Of a DNA stretch of 64,000 nucleotides, positions 1 to 13,156 are shown piece by piece. Below the pieces are notes generated by a model. That model was not told the origin of the DNA and did not search any database. It was given only the letters and a program-made list of their open reading frames with translations. Both the position numbers and the translations under genes were made by a program. Every line of letters begins with the position of its first letter. The stretch's first letter is position 1. This DNA comes from Basidiobolus meristosporus CBS 931.73. Lineage: Eukaryota; Fungi; Basidiobolomycota. The stretch spans positions 62,001 to 126,000 of the forward strand of contig MCFE01000205.1 of the NCBI GenBank assembly GCA_002104905.1, given 5' to 3'.

Positions 1-720
1 GCTGAACTCATTCTTTGCAGTAAAGATACTGCTTTCTCTACGTGGTGTATTGATTGCTTTAAACCATTTATGTGCTCATCCCGTTTCTGGAATATTTCCT
101 GATTTCCCCAGGCCATTGCATCTATACTTTCAGCCACTGCACCTAATTGCCTCATTTATGCTGAAATATGAGCTAACAAAATACTTGCTAATACAGGTGA
201 AGGTGATGTAATGATGGCCACCTGCTGGTCTTCACTGATGGTGCACTTTGCTACCTTCTCATCTGCTTCAGCATTATGGCCAGCTTGCAGCTCCACAGAG
301 ATTCCTAATTGCCTACTTAACTGAGAGCCTGAGGAGTCTGCATTTTTATCTTAAGCTGGCACACTGTCCACAGGGCCTTTGTTTGTTGTATCCATACATG
401 TTGCATTGAATCTTAAAGCAAGCTATTGTCCAACTCTTCTTCTGCCACTATCAGCAGTGTAGTGCAATTGGGATCCTGACAACTTTGCACTATTTTTGGG
501 GTCATATATATGGAAGTGAGCCATATCAGACAGGAAATAGTGCTATATATACATGGGCATGTGGTGCCACAACTATATTTATACTGCTTCAATGGCAGGC
601 CACTATTGAATCTTACACTCATGAATGTGCAATGTGTCAAATATAAGACTGTCTTAAATATACATGGGTACTAACAAAAAATGATATAATAGTGTTATGT
701 TATTGAGTGTTAGACTGCTT
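1..720 (-). pseudogene. Degenerate multi-copy ORF family 'X' of unknown function, next to CACTA transposase
   Basis: 320-720 aligns by eye with 14001-14400. At 14000 that sequence joins sequence homologous to 61100-61620. No recognisable domain. Confidence 0.4.
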
Positions 721-1169
721 GCCCTATGGACAAGACTACTTTGATTCAAAGCCATAAGAACTTGTCACCATATTGTGCAAACTGAGTCAGGTCAGTCTGT
801 GACACCTTTCGGCTCACCCTAGTGTTCTGAATATGGCATGCAGAGTGATAGCTCTTATAAAGCAGGCTCACTAATGGACTGTGATCCTAACTTACCTAAC
901 AGCAGTACCCTGCACAAGCCCAGCAAGATCCAATATGCAATGATATAACACCCATGGAAAAAATGCCAAGTGTACTTTATGGAGTCAAGGGAGCCCAGTA
1001 GTCATATGCTCATGAATGATATGATGTAGTGGCTAGAGAAGTGGAGAGCTTCTACTAATTTCAGTAATTTGAGCGTTGAGTATTTGCAACTACTTCTTGC
1101 CAAAATCATTCCAGGATGCAACTCACCATGTTCACACTGTAAATGGACAATTGACATGCAGCTGGCAAT

Positions 1170-3045
1170 ATATGACCCAGAGGCCATCCTGATACCAGCA
1201 TGTGTGAACAGTTGCATGGCATCACATCAGAAAATGTCACCATTACAAGGTGTCCAACCTGTCAGGAATTCACCACCATTAGTGAAAACATCATTCTCAC
1301 TCAGAATATATTCCAGTAGTATCCATCTCAAGAAGCTTATGCAGGCCATCATACATTTTGAAGCTATAAAATACTGCACTCAGTATTGATTAAGCGCAAA
1401 TATATCCAATATACTTAATTGCAAGTATTACAAACAGCTCAGAAGCAAGAGCCACTTTGAAGGTATTTATGACCATGCCTTTGCCTTGGCACTTGATTGC
1501 TTCACATCAAGCATGTGCACTACCAGCAAATCCTGCTGCCCACTGATTCTTGTTAATCTGATTATGCTGCCTATCTTACAGTATCTGAGCAGAAATTTGA
1601 TAGTAGTCTCATTGGTGGCTGGGCCTAAATCAGCATCCTACTTGTATAGCTACCTGTATCCATTGCTAGATAAATTTTGTATGCTTTCCAGCAGAATAAC
1701 AGTAAATGGCTGTCACGTCAAGGTGCATATTGTTGTCTGCATTGGCAATACCCCAGCCATCAGCAAGATAGCTGGCTTTTCTGCACATAATAGAGAGTAT
1801 TGCTGCCAATTGTGTGGGAGCCAGGGGACTTACACCACAGCTCACACACATTATTAATGTCCAATCACCAATGCTAAAAAGATGATCTTTCTGCAGAGAG
1901 AATGCACAAAAGTTAGCATGCAATTGCAGCAAGGTTGCAAGCTATAAGCCATTGGCTGGACTATGGTATTAATTGAAAGCTGGAGATACTTTGGATAGAG
2001 GGTATCTGTTGGAGCAAAAGCTTTCTACTGGGAGCAATGCATTTTCTTTTCAACAATATCCCTAATCTTCTAACCAAGTTGGATGTGGGGTATTTCAAGT
2101 TAAATGGGCCCTTCAAGATACCCCAGAATTTTCAAGAATTTTCAAGCGGTATACTACTAACATAAAGCTGAATGGGTAGATCTCAACTGCTACTGTATCT
2201 GTTCTCTACTCCATCCTTCTTGGTGTTTGGAAGATATTGGGCCTTGCTTCACCTTTAGTAGTTTACTAAGGAGCAGATGTGTGGACATATTCAAGGACAA
2301 GTCAAGTTGCTGATACTACTACATCCCAATCTCAACAAGAATATTACCTTCAACTGTGTCAATAATATGATGGGCTGGCACATGCTGGACAGCCAGGAAG
2401 TGTTGGAAAATACTGTGGACAGATGTGCATATGGAGACACCCACACCTGTAGCATTAAGAAGCTTAGAAGCTCCAATATGTAGATGATCACTTAAGTAAT
2501 GCAAAGTTGGGCTGGGTGCAACAAGCTACTAATTCTAATTGGGACAGCTTTACCAAAGTATGCCAGGTATCAGTTGCTCACAAGAAAGTCTCTGCACCAT
2601 TTGATACAGAACTCATACAAACAGGAGCCTGAGTGCTCCAATATTGAGGGATAGTATCAAGCAGGGAGAAGGAATATATTGGGTAAATACTTAGAAGCTC
2701 TTTACAGATAGTCAGGAGGAACTTATGGCAAAAGTGGCCGCAACTAAGCATATATTTACAAGATATTTATGTTGCCAGCAATACAAGATATATGGCAACT
2801 TTGCATGTACCACACTCAAAAGTCATAATGCTAAGGTGAATATATTGTGTATGTAGAGGTTAGTCAGCTGCAGGCTATAGTTTTTTTTACTTGAGCCATA
2901 TGTGGAATACTTACAGTAGTAGTGGGTAAGCAAATAAAGAGGGGTGATTCTGCAGTGGAATATATCAATGGTACAAGGGGAGGTACAAAAAGAAATGACC
3001 ATTTGCTTAACTGGTACAGTAGCATATACAGAACTAGCTGTAGGC
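1170..3045 (+). mobile_element. CACTA/EnSpm transposase pseudogene (Transposase_21-like)
   Basis: Motifs ACVNSCMA, LALDCF..., PLILVNL.LP.LQY.SRNL...GPKS...SYLYPLL, IGNTPAISKIAGFSAHN.EYCCQLC and CGHIQGQVK. Many stops and frameshifts; homologous to 25021-26950 and 40000-41700. Confidence 0.85.
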
Positions 3046-3049
3046 CACT

Positions 3050-4223
3050 GTACTGCCAAAATAATACTAGAGAAGGTGTGCAAAGTCAGAGTAGTGTTAT
3101 GCATAAAGCCTCTACATTGCAGAGCAAGCCCCATACTAATCCTAATACAACTCAACAGAGCTTGGTGCCATCTGAAAGCCAAGAGCTCACTTATCAATCT
3201 ATGGTTGATGGTCTGATATATATCATGCCTGAGGCATGTTCAGATAGCTCATAACCATTTGGAATTGTCAGCTAGCATAATCAGAACTATAGATCTGATT
3301 GTATTGCAGCAGCTAAGTGGATACTGGAATACCTAAAGGGAACTTCTGATATCTGCTTAAGGTACTCCTATAGTGATTCAGAATAGGATATAGCAGTATT
3401 TTATGATGCAGATTGAGGGCAAAATTTATAAGGCAGAATATCAATCATAGGGTACACCTTACATTTCTATAAGGAAGCAACTTCAAGGTATTCAAGAAAG
3501 TAAACAGCTGGAGTATATTCCTCCACAGGGGAAGAGCTTATAGTAGCCTGCAAGGCTACAAAAGGAGAGATGTGGTTAAGAAAGTCTTTTAAATATTTAG
3601 GCTTGTGTCCAAAAAAACACCTACTACTTTATTCAGAGTAATTAAGGATGTATACAATTAGGTAGAAATCCAACTGTTCATGCTGGAGCTAAGCATATAG
3701 ATATTGTACATTATATAATACATGAAGCTGGGGATAATAAGCTAGTAAGTTTAGTGTACTGTTCTACAGATGAAATTGATGCAGTCATGTTGAACCAAAC
3801 CATCAGCCAGAGACAAATCTGAATATTGTAGATCAAGATCAGGACCAGTCCATAAAGGCCTTTAGCTGAAAGGGAGTGTTGTAAAAGCTGATATTTACAC
3901 CTATATACTCACGCACCTTAGTTACTTAGAGCAATACCTACAAATCCTAAAGAAAAGTGACCAAATTCCTTGTTGGGATTTACTTAGAATATTTTCACCA
4001 AAAAATCTGGCACCCAGCACATGAAAATTGTGAATGATGCCCAAACAGCCCCAATCTTTGCACACATGATCTTGGGACCATCCTACATCTATTTTCTGCG
4101 TGTACTGTGCCAAGATCATGTACAGTAAAAATACCACCCTTACATAGAATAAATCAATGGGTGAAAACTACAAGATCTACTTACTCCCCTATTGCTTCCA
4201 TTATCTTCAAGACTCTTATGACA
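3050..4223 (+). mobile_element. Ty1/copia 3' fragment (RT end, RNase H) with 3' LTR 3877-4223
   Basis: QSLVPSESQELTYQSMV matches the copia ORF at 38366. PPT gaaagggag precedes TGTTGTAA, and the LTR aligns with 39157-39505. Confidence 0.85.
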
Positions 4224-4544
4224 CACCCAATATAACAGCAGAGGATTACTATTCAATTTTGGAATCATAACAACAGTGTCCAAAGAAAAAGCCCCCAAAA
4301 AGCCTAGCACTGCAGGGGAGGGGGTGATTTAGATATAAATACACCAGAGCCTAAAAAGCTAGAGAAATTGAAGAACCATAGAGCAGTTGAGTCCAACTAC
4401 AAACAGCAAGCCAATATTATAGTGGTGTGACTAATCTAGTATGCTATCACCTTTAAGCCAGTGTATCATTGGATTATTAGAAACTCAAGGCAAGGCAGAA
4501 TGTGCTTGATCTGTTTCATTGGCATTATTTGCAGTGGGGTAAAT

Positions 4545-4868
4545 CAGACACAGGTGCAGCACCTGAGGAAATATTATGTGATTTGACTGGCTGGCTCAAA
4601 AGTTACATGCAATCAAAGTAACTTTAGTTCATAACATTTTAGGCACTGCTTAAATGTGCTGCAATTTGAGACATGAGTTGACTGCTCAGTGTTCTGCATG
4701 ATATGATATTCTTGGGTAGATTTGTTACAGAGTTTGAGCTTTTTTCATTTGAAGTTGAAAATTCTTGATCTTTGATTTCTGTGTGACAGTAGCAAAAGGC
4801 AAAATAAAGAAATGAGTATAATGTTGGCTTTTGTGATATCATAGTGATGGAATACTTTCATTACCACA
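4545..4868 (-). repeat. Partial LTR of gypsy family 1
   Basis: Reverse complement aligns with 11467-11800 and starts TGTGGTAATG. Confidence 0.75.
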
Positions 4869-4899
4869 ATTCCTCAGTGCCTGTCAGAAGCAGGGCCTA

Positions 4900-6224
4900 A
4901 AGCTCTAAGTTAACAACAAAGAAGTGTTATGTCACAAGAAGAGTGCCTGTAAGGGACAGGTAGGCACAAATAGGTGCACCAGATCTGCAATAATCAAGGA
5001 AAATAGGTAGTTTAATGCAAGGAGTAATCAGCCAAAGTTATAGTAATGACTCAGCAGTGACAAAAACCAGATGCATCCTCAGGAACCTATTACAAGCGGG
5101 GCTGAAAGTTTAGAACTAATTGCAATGAATTGTCAGGTAGCCAGATGAGTGCCAGTAAGGGACAAGCAGGCACAAACAGATGTACCACTGTGGCATTTAG
5201 TAAACTGTAAATGTAGTAAAATACATGTAGCACTAAGTTAAAGTAGCAGCGAGAGATATGGCAGTAATCAAGGTAATAGTAAAGGGAAAAGCCTCCCAAA
5301 GCTAGAAACACCAAACAATGGGATGAAAGTTGCAGTTCTGACCAACTAATGCTATCTGCCTATAGTATGCTTAATCCTATATTGGCTGAGAAGAATTACC
5401 TCTAGGATAACAACTGCTTTCTCAAGAGTTGGAGGCACAACTTGTTGAGCTACAACTCAGTGAAACAGATGAGTTTGCCAAGAAAGGCAATATGCCTACT
5501 GCAGTACCCATATCCTCCATTATAGGCAGTGTGGAGGTGTCACTGACAGAAAAAGCTACAACTTCAAGTACTCAGCAGACTATTGCAATGCCTACTGTGG
5601 AACTCTGGACCATTTATAGGCACATCATGAGGTTGTAAATTTGTTTCAAGAGTGATGCTCAAGTAAACACACTGGAATACTGCAGGAACTCATTGCAAAG
5701 ATTGGCACATGAGGTACTGTATGTTGCAGAGCATGCTCAAGACAAGGATATATGGGAATCAGTGAATGAACAATGGTATAGAGCTGTAGGGTTCAGGCTA
5801 AAGCCACAAAAAAGGGTACTTTAGAAGAAATTCTTATAGAATGGGCTTCAAAGTAGTTACCTATTGAGTGTGAGGCAACCCAGTCCCATTGCCAACAATA
5901 ACAGAGAATCAGTTGGGCAATAGGTTGCCTTTGCATGCAGTACAACAGATGGCAGCCCCAAGAAATCTGGATATAATCTAGAGACAGGATGGTCAGATAG
6001 TGTGTATAGAGCACTCAATGTACCAGGTAAAGAATGCAGTATCTAGGCTGCAAACAAGGAATGCATGTAGCACAATGTTGCCAACCAGAATTGAGCCATT
6101 TCCTATGTAACAGTGGAGGAACTTCATACTGTCATTCAACCACATGAAGAGAGACCACAGAGTAACCCAACACAGCATGGGATTGAAGGACTGTGATTTT
6201 TATATTAAATCCTAAAAATAAAAA
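4900..6224 (+). pseudogene. ORF family X copy
   Basis: EAQLVELQLSETDEFAKKGNM... (5429) is homologous to EAQPVELHPSKVDEFAEKDNL (61952-61674) and to 27400-28500. Confidence 0.55.
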
Positions 6225-6841
6225 AATGGACTTGTTCCATTGTGCTGTGCCAGGGTGCGTGGCGCAATCCACGGTCTCAAAGAACAATTGGGCGCAATAT
6301 TATAGCTACCAGAAGGCAGGATTGTTCTTGGACAATTTTGCACTATGTGGGACAATCTCGCATACTATGGCACAATCTGACACAATGAGGGTGGTGCGGA
6401 TGATTGCGCCAACTCGTAATGTTTGCATCACGTGCGCAATTGGACGGTATCTCAGTGGTTAATTGGTCCAAAGTATCCTGAAGCTGGCACCCCCCAATTG
6501 GCTCATTGACTACTGAAAAAGCTACCTGATTTGCCATCAAATATCCCATTTTGCCCTTTGAGCAAGTAAATCCCTGATCCTAGTGATTGGACAAGGTGTC
6601 ATAGCTAGCACGCAAGCAATTGTGTAGGTGCGAAACAGATCCAATAGCTGCACTGGTAGTACAGATGACGTATATATATGCAGGGTGTTTATTTATAGGG
6701 GTTCTGTCTCAAATGTGAGACAACCTTGATATTACTTATATCAAAAATTTGATGATCACTGATTTGCAATGGCTCAATTTGGTTTGCAAAAAAAAGGGTT
6801 GTTGGGATCATTACAAATGTGAGCAATTCAAAGCAATTGCA

Positions 6842-7972
6842 TCATCTTCTCCTGGGTTTTTTTCTCACAGGGATTACTACTGAAGCATTTGGTAGTGACT
6901 CACTTTGCACAACTATACTACTTCCTGGCTGACTATCATCTTGGCTATTTGTGTATTTGTAGTCAGTATTTTGCCTCGTAGTTGATGAGTGCAATGCTGC
7001 AGCTTGGCCACGCTGAATTGCTCCAACTGAACCAACTGAACCGGCCTGTAGTGCCACATGCTGACGCGTTCTTTTACTTGCCAAGGGCTCTGGTGGTTGA
7101 GGCACTTCATGTTGGTCATCATCAGTCAGTTCACCAGAAGTAACTTGCTGATGGTCAGGCAAGACGGCACGCGCAGGCGCGCCTTGACGCGTTGAGATGG
7201 CCCTTGGCTGAGTTTGATGTGATGCCACATGTTGATGTGACTTGGTCCGCTCCAATGGACTTGTGTCTAAATGAGCAGTTTGGCGAGTTCTTGTAGTTTT
7301 GCTTTGAAGCGTGTGCGTTGACCCAACGCGTGTTGACTCAATGCGCGTTGACTTGGCACGGGGCGTTCTGGTAAAGGGTGTTGGCGTACTCTGGACTGAT
7401 GTGTGCCAGCGCGCTGTGGTTGCAAGAGATGGTAGGGAATCCAGCGAGGCGTGCTGGCGCAATCTGGATGATGTTGCTCGCGGTCTGTATTCTTCCTCCT
7501 GAAGCTCACCATCTGATTCCTCAAGGTATTAACTTACCCTCTGTCTGATACTTTGGAGCTGTTGCCTGGATGAGTCCTGTGTATATTGCTCTTGGAAGCC
7601 ACTTAGCTCTACTAATATATCACATAGTACATTAGTCATTTGAGGCAAAAACTCATTCAAAATCTCTTTGGTTCCCAAAGTTGAGGCACAAACGGACGCG
7701 TCCGGCCTGTACTGTGCAAATTGCACGCAAAATTGTTCCTGCGTGGCTTCTTCATCAAATCCCCTCACTCTCAGCTCATTCTTGATTTCAATACTTGTCT
7801 TGTTATATATCTTTTTACATACATTGGCTAGCATCTTGATGTAGAACTCATGCCACAGCTTTCTACTCAAATTCCTCCATCTTTGTCAACTTTCTGAGGT
7901 ATCTAGTTCTGCTGGATTAATCAGTAGTGCCCAAATATCTGTATGAAGGCTCATCATAGACACTTGGGCCAT
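6842..7972 (-). pseudogene. E1 accessory ORF2 (~376 codons, two in-frame stops); possible Myb/SANT-like N-terminus and Ser/Thr/Arg-rich tail
   Basis: ORFs 7529-7870 and 6842-7462 share one frame across a TAA that is GAA in copy E2. Upstream MAQVSMMSLHTDIW...(R)QRWRNLSRKLW. C-terminal RKKPRRR is NLS-like. Confidence 0.65.
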
Positions 7973-8463
7973 ACTAAAATCATCTGGCAAGAACTCAAAC
8001 GGATCCAACATCGACTTTTCCGGTCTGGACCGCGCTTGTGAGCTGGGGGATGGGCTTTGTCTGGGTTGTACTAAAGATGAGTTGAGGCTTGGTATGGGGA
8101 CTATAGCAACGGATTTGGATACTTATACAGCAGTATATTGGCATCAACCTGGTCTTATATGAAATATATATGAAAACTAAAGTGATTGTTGAATTTTCCA
8201 TATATTATGCATGATGCATCTTGGATCGTGTTGACACGGATCAGATCACATCAATTGCAGATTTCCTATTTGATTATAGAGCTATGATTAAAGCATCAAT
8301 AAAAGTACCCAAGCATTGTTTGCGGATGATTTTTGCAACATAATGATGGGATACATGGTAATTGATGGAGATTTAACCATAATGTGTTAAAAATCAGATA
8401 AATAACGCAGATTGCACCAAATCAATTCAAACCGCCTTCATACAATCATCCATCAATTTTAAT

Positions 8464-8650
8464 ATGACTTACTCATCTGAATGGTCTTTTCTCATCAATC
8501 CCATCACTACCACTGGATTTCCTTTTGACACACTGGAGGAGATCTATACCAAGTACTGTGGACCATCAACCCCAATCTACTCAAGGAGATCCCTTGTTAA
8601 GCTTCTCTGCTATTACAAGAACTATTGCCCCACAAGGTTTCATCCCAACA
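8464..8650 (+). pseudogene. E1 transposase N-terminal fragment
   Basis: MTYSSEWSFLINPITTTGFPFDTLEEIY... is the same as the N-terminus of the E2 transposase at 15689-15520 (minus). Confidence 0.8.
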
Positions 8651-11466
8651 AGTCTCTTTTTGACTATGCTACAACACTATGACAATGTCTTTGCATTTAA
8701 TGATGCACAAAGAGGATGTTTATCCACAGAGTTATTTCCACCGGTTAAGATCCATACCGTTGAACATACACCATGGGCACTGAGATCATATCCTATTCCC
8801 TCAAGATTACTGAACAAAGTAATTGAAATGCTACAATCAAGATTTCAAAGTGGAGTCATTGAATATAGCTATGGACCTTATCGCAATCCCTGGTTTACAC
8901 CGTTGAAGAAAAATGGAAGTCTACGGTTTATTCAAGACATACAGCATTTGAATAAGGTCACCATCAAAGATGCTATGCAACCACCCATACGACATGAGTA
9001 TATTGAGTCATTTACTGGATATCCTCTGATTACAACATTGGATCTTTATTCAGGATATGACCAAATACTTCTGGATCCTACCTCAAGAGATTTCACCGCT
9101 ATGGATACACCAATAGGACTCCTAAGGATGACAAGAATTCCTCAAGGATGGACAAACTCTGTCCAAAATTATCAACGTGCAATGATTAGAGTTTTGGATG
9201 ACTGTTTCCCTGAGATATGCCAACCATTTCTTGATGACATTGCAGTTGAGAATAAGTCCAGAGAAAAAGATACATCGCATGTCTTACCTCAAGTAAGAAG
9301 ACATGTTTATGATCACATATGCACTGTTGAGAGGGTCATGAAGAAACTTCAAGCTTCTGGTCTGACTGTATCAGGAGCCAAATGCAAGTTTGGCTACAAC
9401 AAAGCAATCATTCTAGGTGAACTTGTTACTGAAAAAGGGAGATTGCCTGATCCTGCAAAACTTTCATTGGCACTGAATTGGAAGCCACCAAGGAATATTC
9501 ATCAAGTCAGACAATCATTAGGACTTACTGGTCTATTCAGAATCTGGATCAAGAACTATGCTCAAATTGCTAAGCCACTGACTCAGTTATTACAGAAAAA
9601 CCAGAAATTTGAATGGCATGAAGAACAGGCAAATGCTATGTTGACATTGCTTGATTCATTATCAAAGCCACCTGTCTTAGCAGCTATAGACTACAGTGTT
9701 ATTGATTCACAACCAATCATTGTATCAGTTGATAGCTCTGGAATTGGGGTTGGTGGAATCATGATTCAAGTCTCAAAAGATCATCATCGACAACCTTGCA
9801 AATATCTTAGTAGACTATTCAAAGGGAATGAGCTTAACTATCCATCTATCAAGAAAGAAGCACTGGGAGTACTCTATGTACTCAAAAAGCTACAGCCATA
9901 CTTATTAGGAGTACATTTCACACTGGAGGTTGATGCCAAGCCATTATTAGGAATGTTGAATAAGTTGGAGCTTTTGCCTGATCCTATTCTAGCACAGTGG
10001 ATATCATACATCCAGATCTTTGACTTTACGCTGCAACACATACCAGGAGCCAATCACAAAGGACCTGATGCCTTATCTAGAAAGCAACCAAATTCACCGT
10101 ACTCAACTGATGATGATGAGATTGATGAGTTCCTTGAAAACACTAGTCTTGGATTCTCATTCAGACATATGATACAAAGCAATTATCAACAAATCAAGGA
10201 ATTTCTTACATCACTCAAAGTTCCTGCTGATATTCCCACAAATCAACGCACAAATTTTATAAAGAAGGCTCTGAAGTTTATACTGCATGATGGCACACTT
10301 TTCAGAAAAAGCAAACATGGAGTTCCTTGACGGTATATACATAACAAGCATGATCAAGAGAAGATCATTCAAGAATGGCATGAATCTGAATCAGGAGGTC
10401 ATAAGGGAATTACATCAACATATGCAAAAATCTCTTTACGGTATTTTTGGCCAACACTTTACACCAACACAAAAGAATATGTGAAATCATGTATTCCATG
10501 TCAAAGAAGAGACAACCAAAAGATGCATGAACCACTTCACAGTATATACACATCTTATGCTTGGCAAATTGCACATGTAGATATTATACATTTACCAAGG
10601 GCAACAGCTGGGTATAAGTATGTGGTGGACTGTTGTGATAACTTTACTGGTTGGATAGAGGCTAGAATGCTGAAACAAGCCAATGCAAAAGCAGTAGCAA
10701 GATTTCTCAAAGAAGATATATATCTCAGACATGGTTCAGTTGGCACCCTTATTGCAGACAATGGAGAATGTGGATCTTATGAAATACAAGCACTAGCAAC
10801 AAAGCATGGAACCAAGCTTATACATACTATGCCATACCACCCACAAGCAAATTCACCAGTTGAACGTGGACATTCTGCTTTTGCAAACACATTAGCAAAG
10901 CTTAGCTATGAGGAACCCAACAAGTGGGCAAATAACTTTCATGCAGCAATTTGGGCTGATAGAGTTACGGTTAAAAGAAGTACAGGGTATATACCATTTT
11001 TTTTAATATATGGACATGAAGCTGTTTTGCCGATAGACATATCTCTTGAGAATTGGCTTACCCTCCCATGGAAACCAACCATGAAAACATCAGAGCTATT
11101 GCTAGCAAGAGTACAACAGATTCAACAAGCACACACTCTGCAACAAAATGCAATAGAAAACCTGAAGAAATCTGGAATGACTGGCAGGGAGTACTTTGAC
11201 GCTCAAAAATGCCTAAGAAAAACATTGCTAGAAGTAGGTGAGTTGATACTACTTCACAACACAAAAAGCCAAAGAAACAAGGCATCCAAGCTGGATATGC
11301 GATGGTAAGGTCCCTACAAGATCATACATGCAAACAAAAATGGATCTTACAAACTAGCAGAACTTGACGGTACACCACTTGCACTGACACAACCTGGTAA
11401 CAGATTGAAGAAGTTCCATATCAGAAGTGATAATGAGGGCAGTATTTCTCAAAGTTAGGGGAGACT

Positions 11467-12466
11467 TGTAGTAATGGAAAGTATTCCATTACTACAATAT
11501 CTCTAAACCAATATGGCACTCATTTCTTTATTTTGCTTTTTGCTATTGTAACACACAAGAGAAAGATCAAGAATTTCCAACTTTGAAGAGCAAATGCTCC
11601 AGACCCTGACAAGCAATCCACCTAAGAATATTATGTCATACAGAACACGTAGTAGCCAACACATGTTTCAAATTACAGCTCATTTGAAGCAGTACTTAAG
11701 GAGTTATGACCAAAAGAGTCTAACTATTATATATACTATGCCTTATTGCTAGGATTACTATGGTGACTTTGATCGCGTGTAACTTTCGAACCAGCCAATT
11801 AAATCACGTGATATTTTCACAGGTGCTGCGCCTATGTCCGATCTGCGCCACTGCAAAATTTTAGCTTCGTATCACGTGTATTGCTTGCGCAATCGCCCAA
11901 AAACTTTGATCCTTCAAAATTTTCATATATATGACTTCCCCAGCTGAAAAATAAAGGGAGAGCCTCTCTTTCCAGAATCTCCACACTACGGTTACAAGTT
12001 TAAAGGTTATAAGACTTCCCCTGCATCACTTGCACTGTTGAGTATTCTGACTTTGATTGGTACTACATCAGTAAAGAGACTGCAAAGCTCACAAGAATCC
12101 AATCTAAGTTCTACAAGAAACTACCACTTTTCTGTCGGAAAAGTCCCCTCTAAGAAGCCCCTTTACTCTAAAGACACCCCTTTAGACACCCCTTTAGGTC
12201 TAAAGACCCCTTTAGATACCCCTTTAGGAAACCCCTTTACTCTAAAGAAGCCCCTTTAGGCACCCCTTTAGTGTAAAGTCCTCTTTAGAGACTTCTACAA
12301 AACACCCCTTTAGGGTAAAGGGGAGGTCAGAATTTCCATATTAGGAAATATTTTCTCAGAAAGGAAAGTGACTTCCAAATAAGGAAAAGTTTCTATAAAA
12401 GTAAATAAGCCCATTAGTTGACAGAAGGTCAGAACACTGCTGTAGAAGTGATAAACACTGCCTACA
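11467..12466 (+). repeat. ~1-kb LTR of gypsy family 1 (TGTAG...CTACA)
   Basis: Follows the PPT. Both ends are shared with the copy at 41868-42488 and the start with 4545-4868. Confidence 0.8.
12145..12325. repeat. Array of nine CCCCTTTA(G/C) motifs inside the LTR
   Basis: Counted directly in the sequence. Confidence 0.9.
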
Positions 12467-12637
12467 GTCTATTTTGAGCCCAAGATTGAGGAAATTAGTG
12501 AAAGTTATATCTTCTATTGGTATATCAAACTCCCAATAAACTATTTCAGTATTAGCATACTGGAAGTTGTTGTATATTGTTGATTAGCCTCTACATTGTA
12601 GAACAAGCCCCAAACTAATCATAATACAACACAACAC
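12467..12637 (+). mobile_element. Short copia RT fragment
   Basis: gcctctacattgtagaacaagccccaaactaatcataatacaac resembles 3105-3155 and the 38370-38430 region. Confidence 0.45.
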
Positions 12638-13156
12638 TTCCCAGTGAGGATTAACAGACCTTCTAGAGGGCAGAGGCACCTTTATACTGGCAAGTACAAG
12701 GCATACTGTGTGAAGTTTCAAGCACTGTCTGACATTGAGGGTAACATCATCTGGTTTAGTGGGCCATTTGCTGGAAGTAGGCATGACGAAGCACTCTGGG
12801 TAGAGAATCATCCTGAATTCAGTAGAGGGGAGAAATGTATGGCAGACTTAGCCTATATAGGAGATGATTGTCAGAGATTAGGATGTATTACAGCTTATAG
12901 GAAGCCAAGGAATGGTGTGCTTAGCAGGAAGCAGAAGCTCTACAATGAGATATTTAATCATTTCAGAGTAAGGGTAGAGCACACATTTGGATATGTGAAG
13001 AGATTCAGCATATTGGCAGGTAAATGCAGAGGAAAGTCATATATAGGAGAAAACAGCAGAATATGTAAAATAGTTAAGATACTTATTAATGCACAGTATG
13101 TTCATACAAGAAGACAGCCACTGAGAGAAATGTGTCTGGAGCATTATGAAGAGTAA
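12638..13156 (+). pseudogene. E1 DDE transposase C-terminal part (DDE_Tnp_4-like)
   Basis: YTGKYKAYCVKFQALSD, GPFAGSRHD, MADLAYIG, YRKP...YNEIFNHFRVRVEHTFGYVKRFSIL. Confidence 0.9.

Larger units (their letters stand above)
8651..12466 (+). mobile_element. Ty3/gypsy family 1, 5'-truncated: pol (RT-RNase H-integrase) and 3' LTR
   Basis: RT motifs LDLYSGYDQ, RIPQGWTNS, PFLDD; RNase H VDSSGIG and DAKPL; integrase GGHKG...CIPCQRR, HVDII, IADNGE, NSPVERGH. Pol is broken only by TGA at 10328 and TAA at 11306. PPT aaagttaggggag precedes the LTR. Confidence 0.92.

Noticed and set aside
7518-7540. GTAAGT as an intron donor in ORF2
   Set aside because: The frame continues through; copy E2 has GAA where E1 has TAA, so it is a point nonsense change.
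8525-10330. 601-aa ORF as a novel fusion protein
   Set aside because: The first ~40 codons are an off-frame read of the PHIS transposase start joined by deletion to gypsy pol; it is a junction artefact.
12145-12325. CRISPR-like or telomeric array
   Set aside because: Spacers are short and related, the context is a eukaryotic LTR, and the unit is not a tandem telomere repeat.
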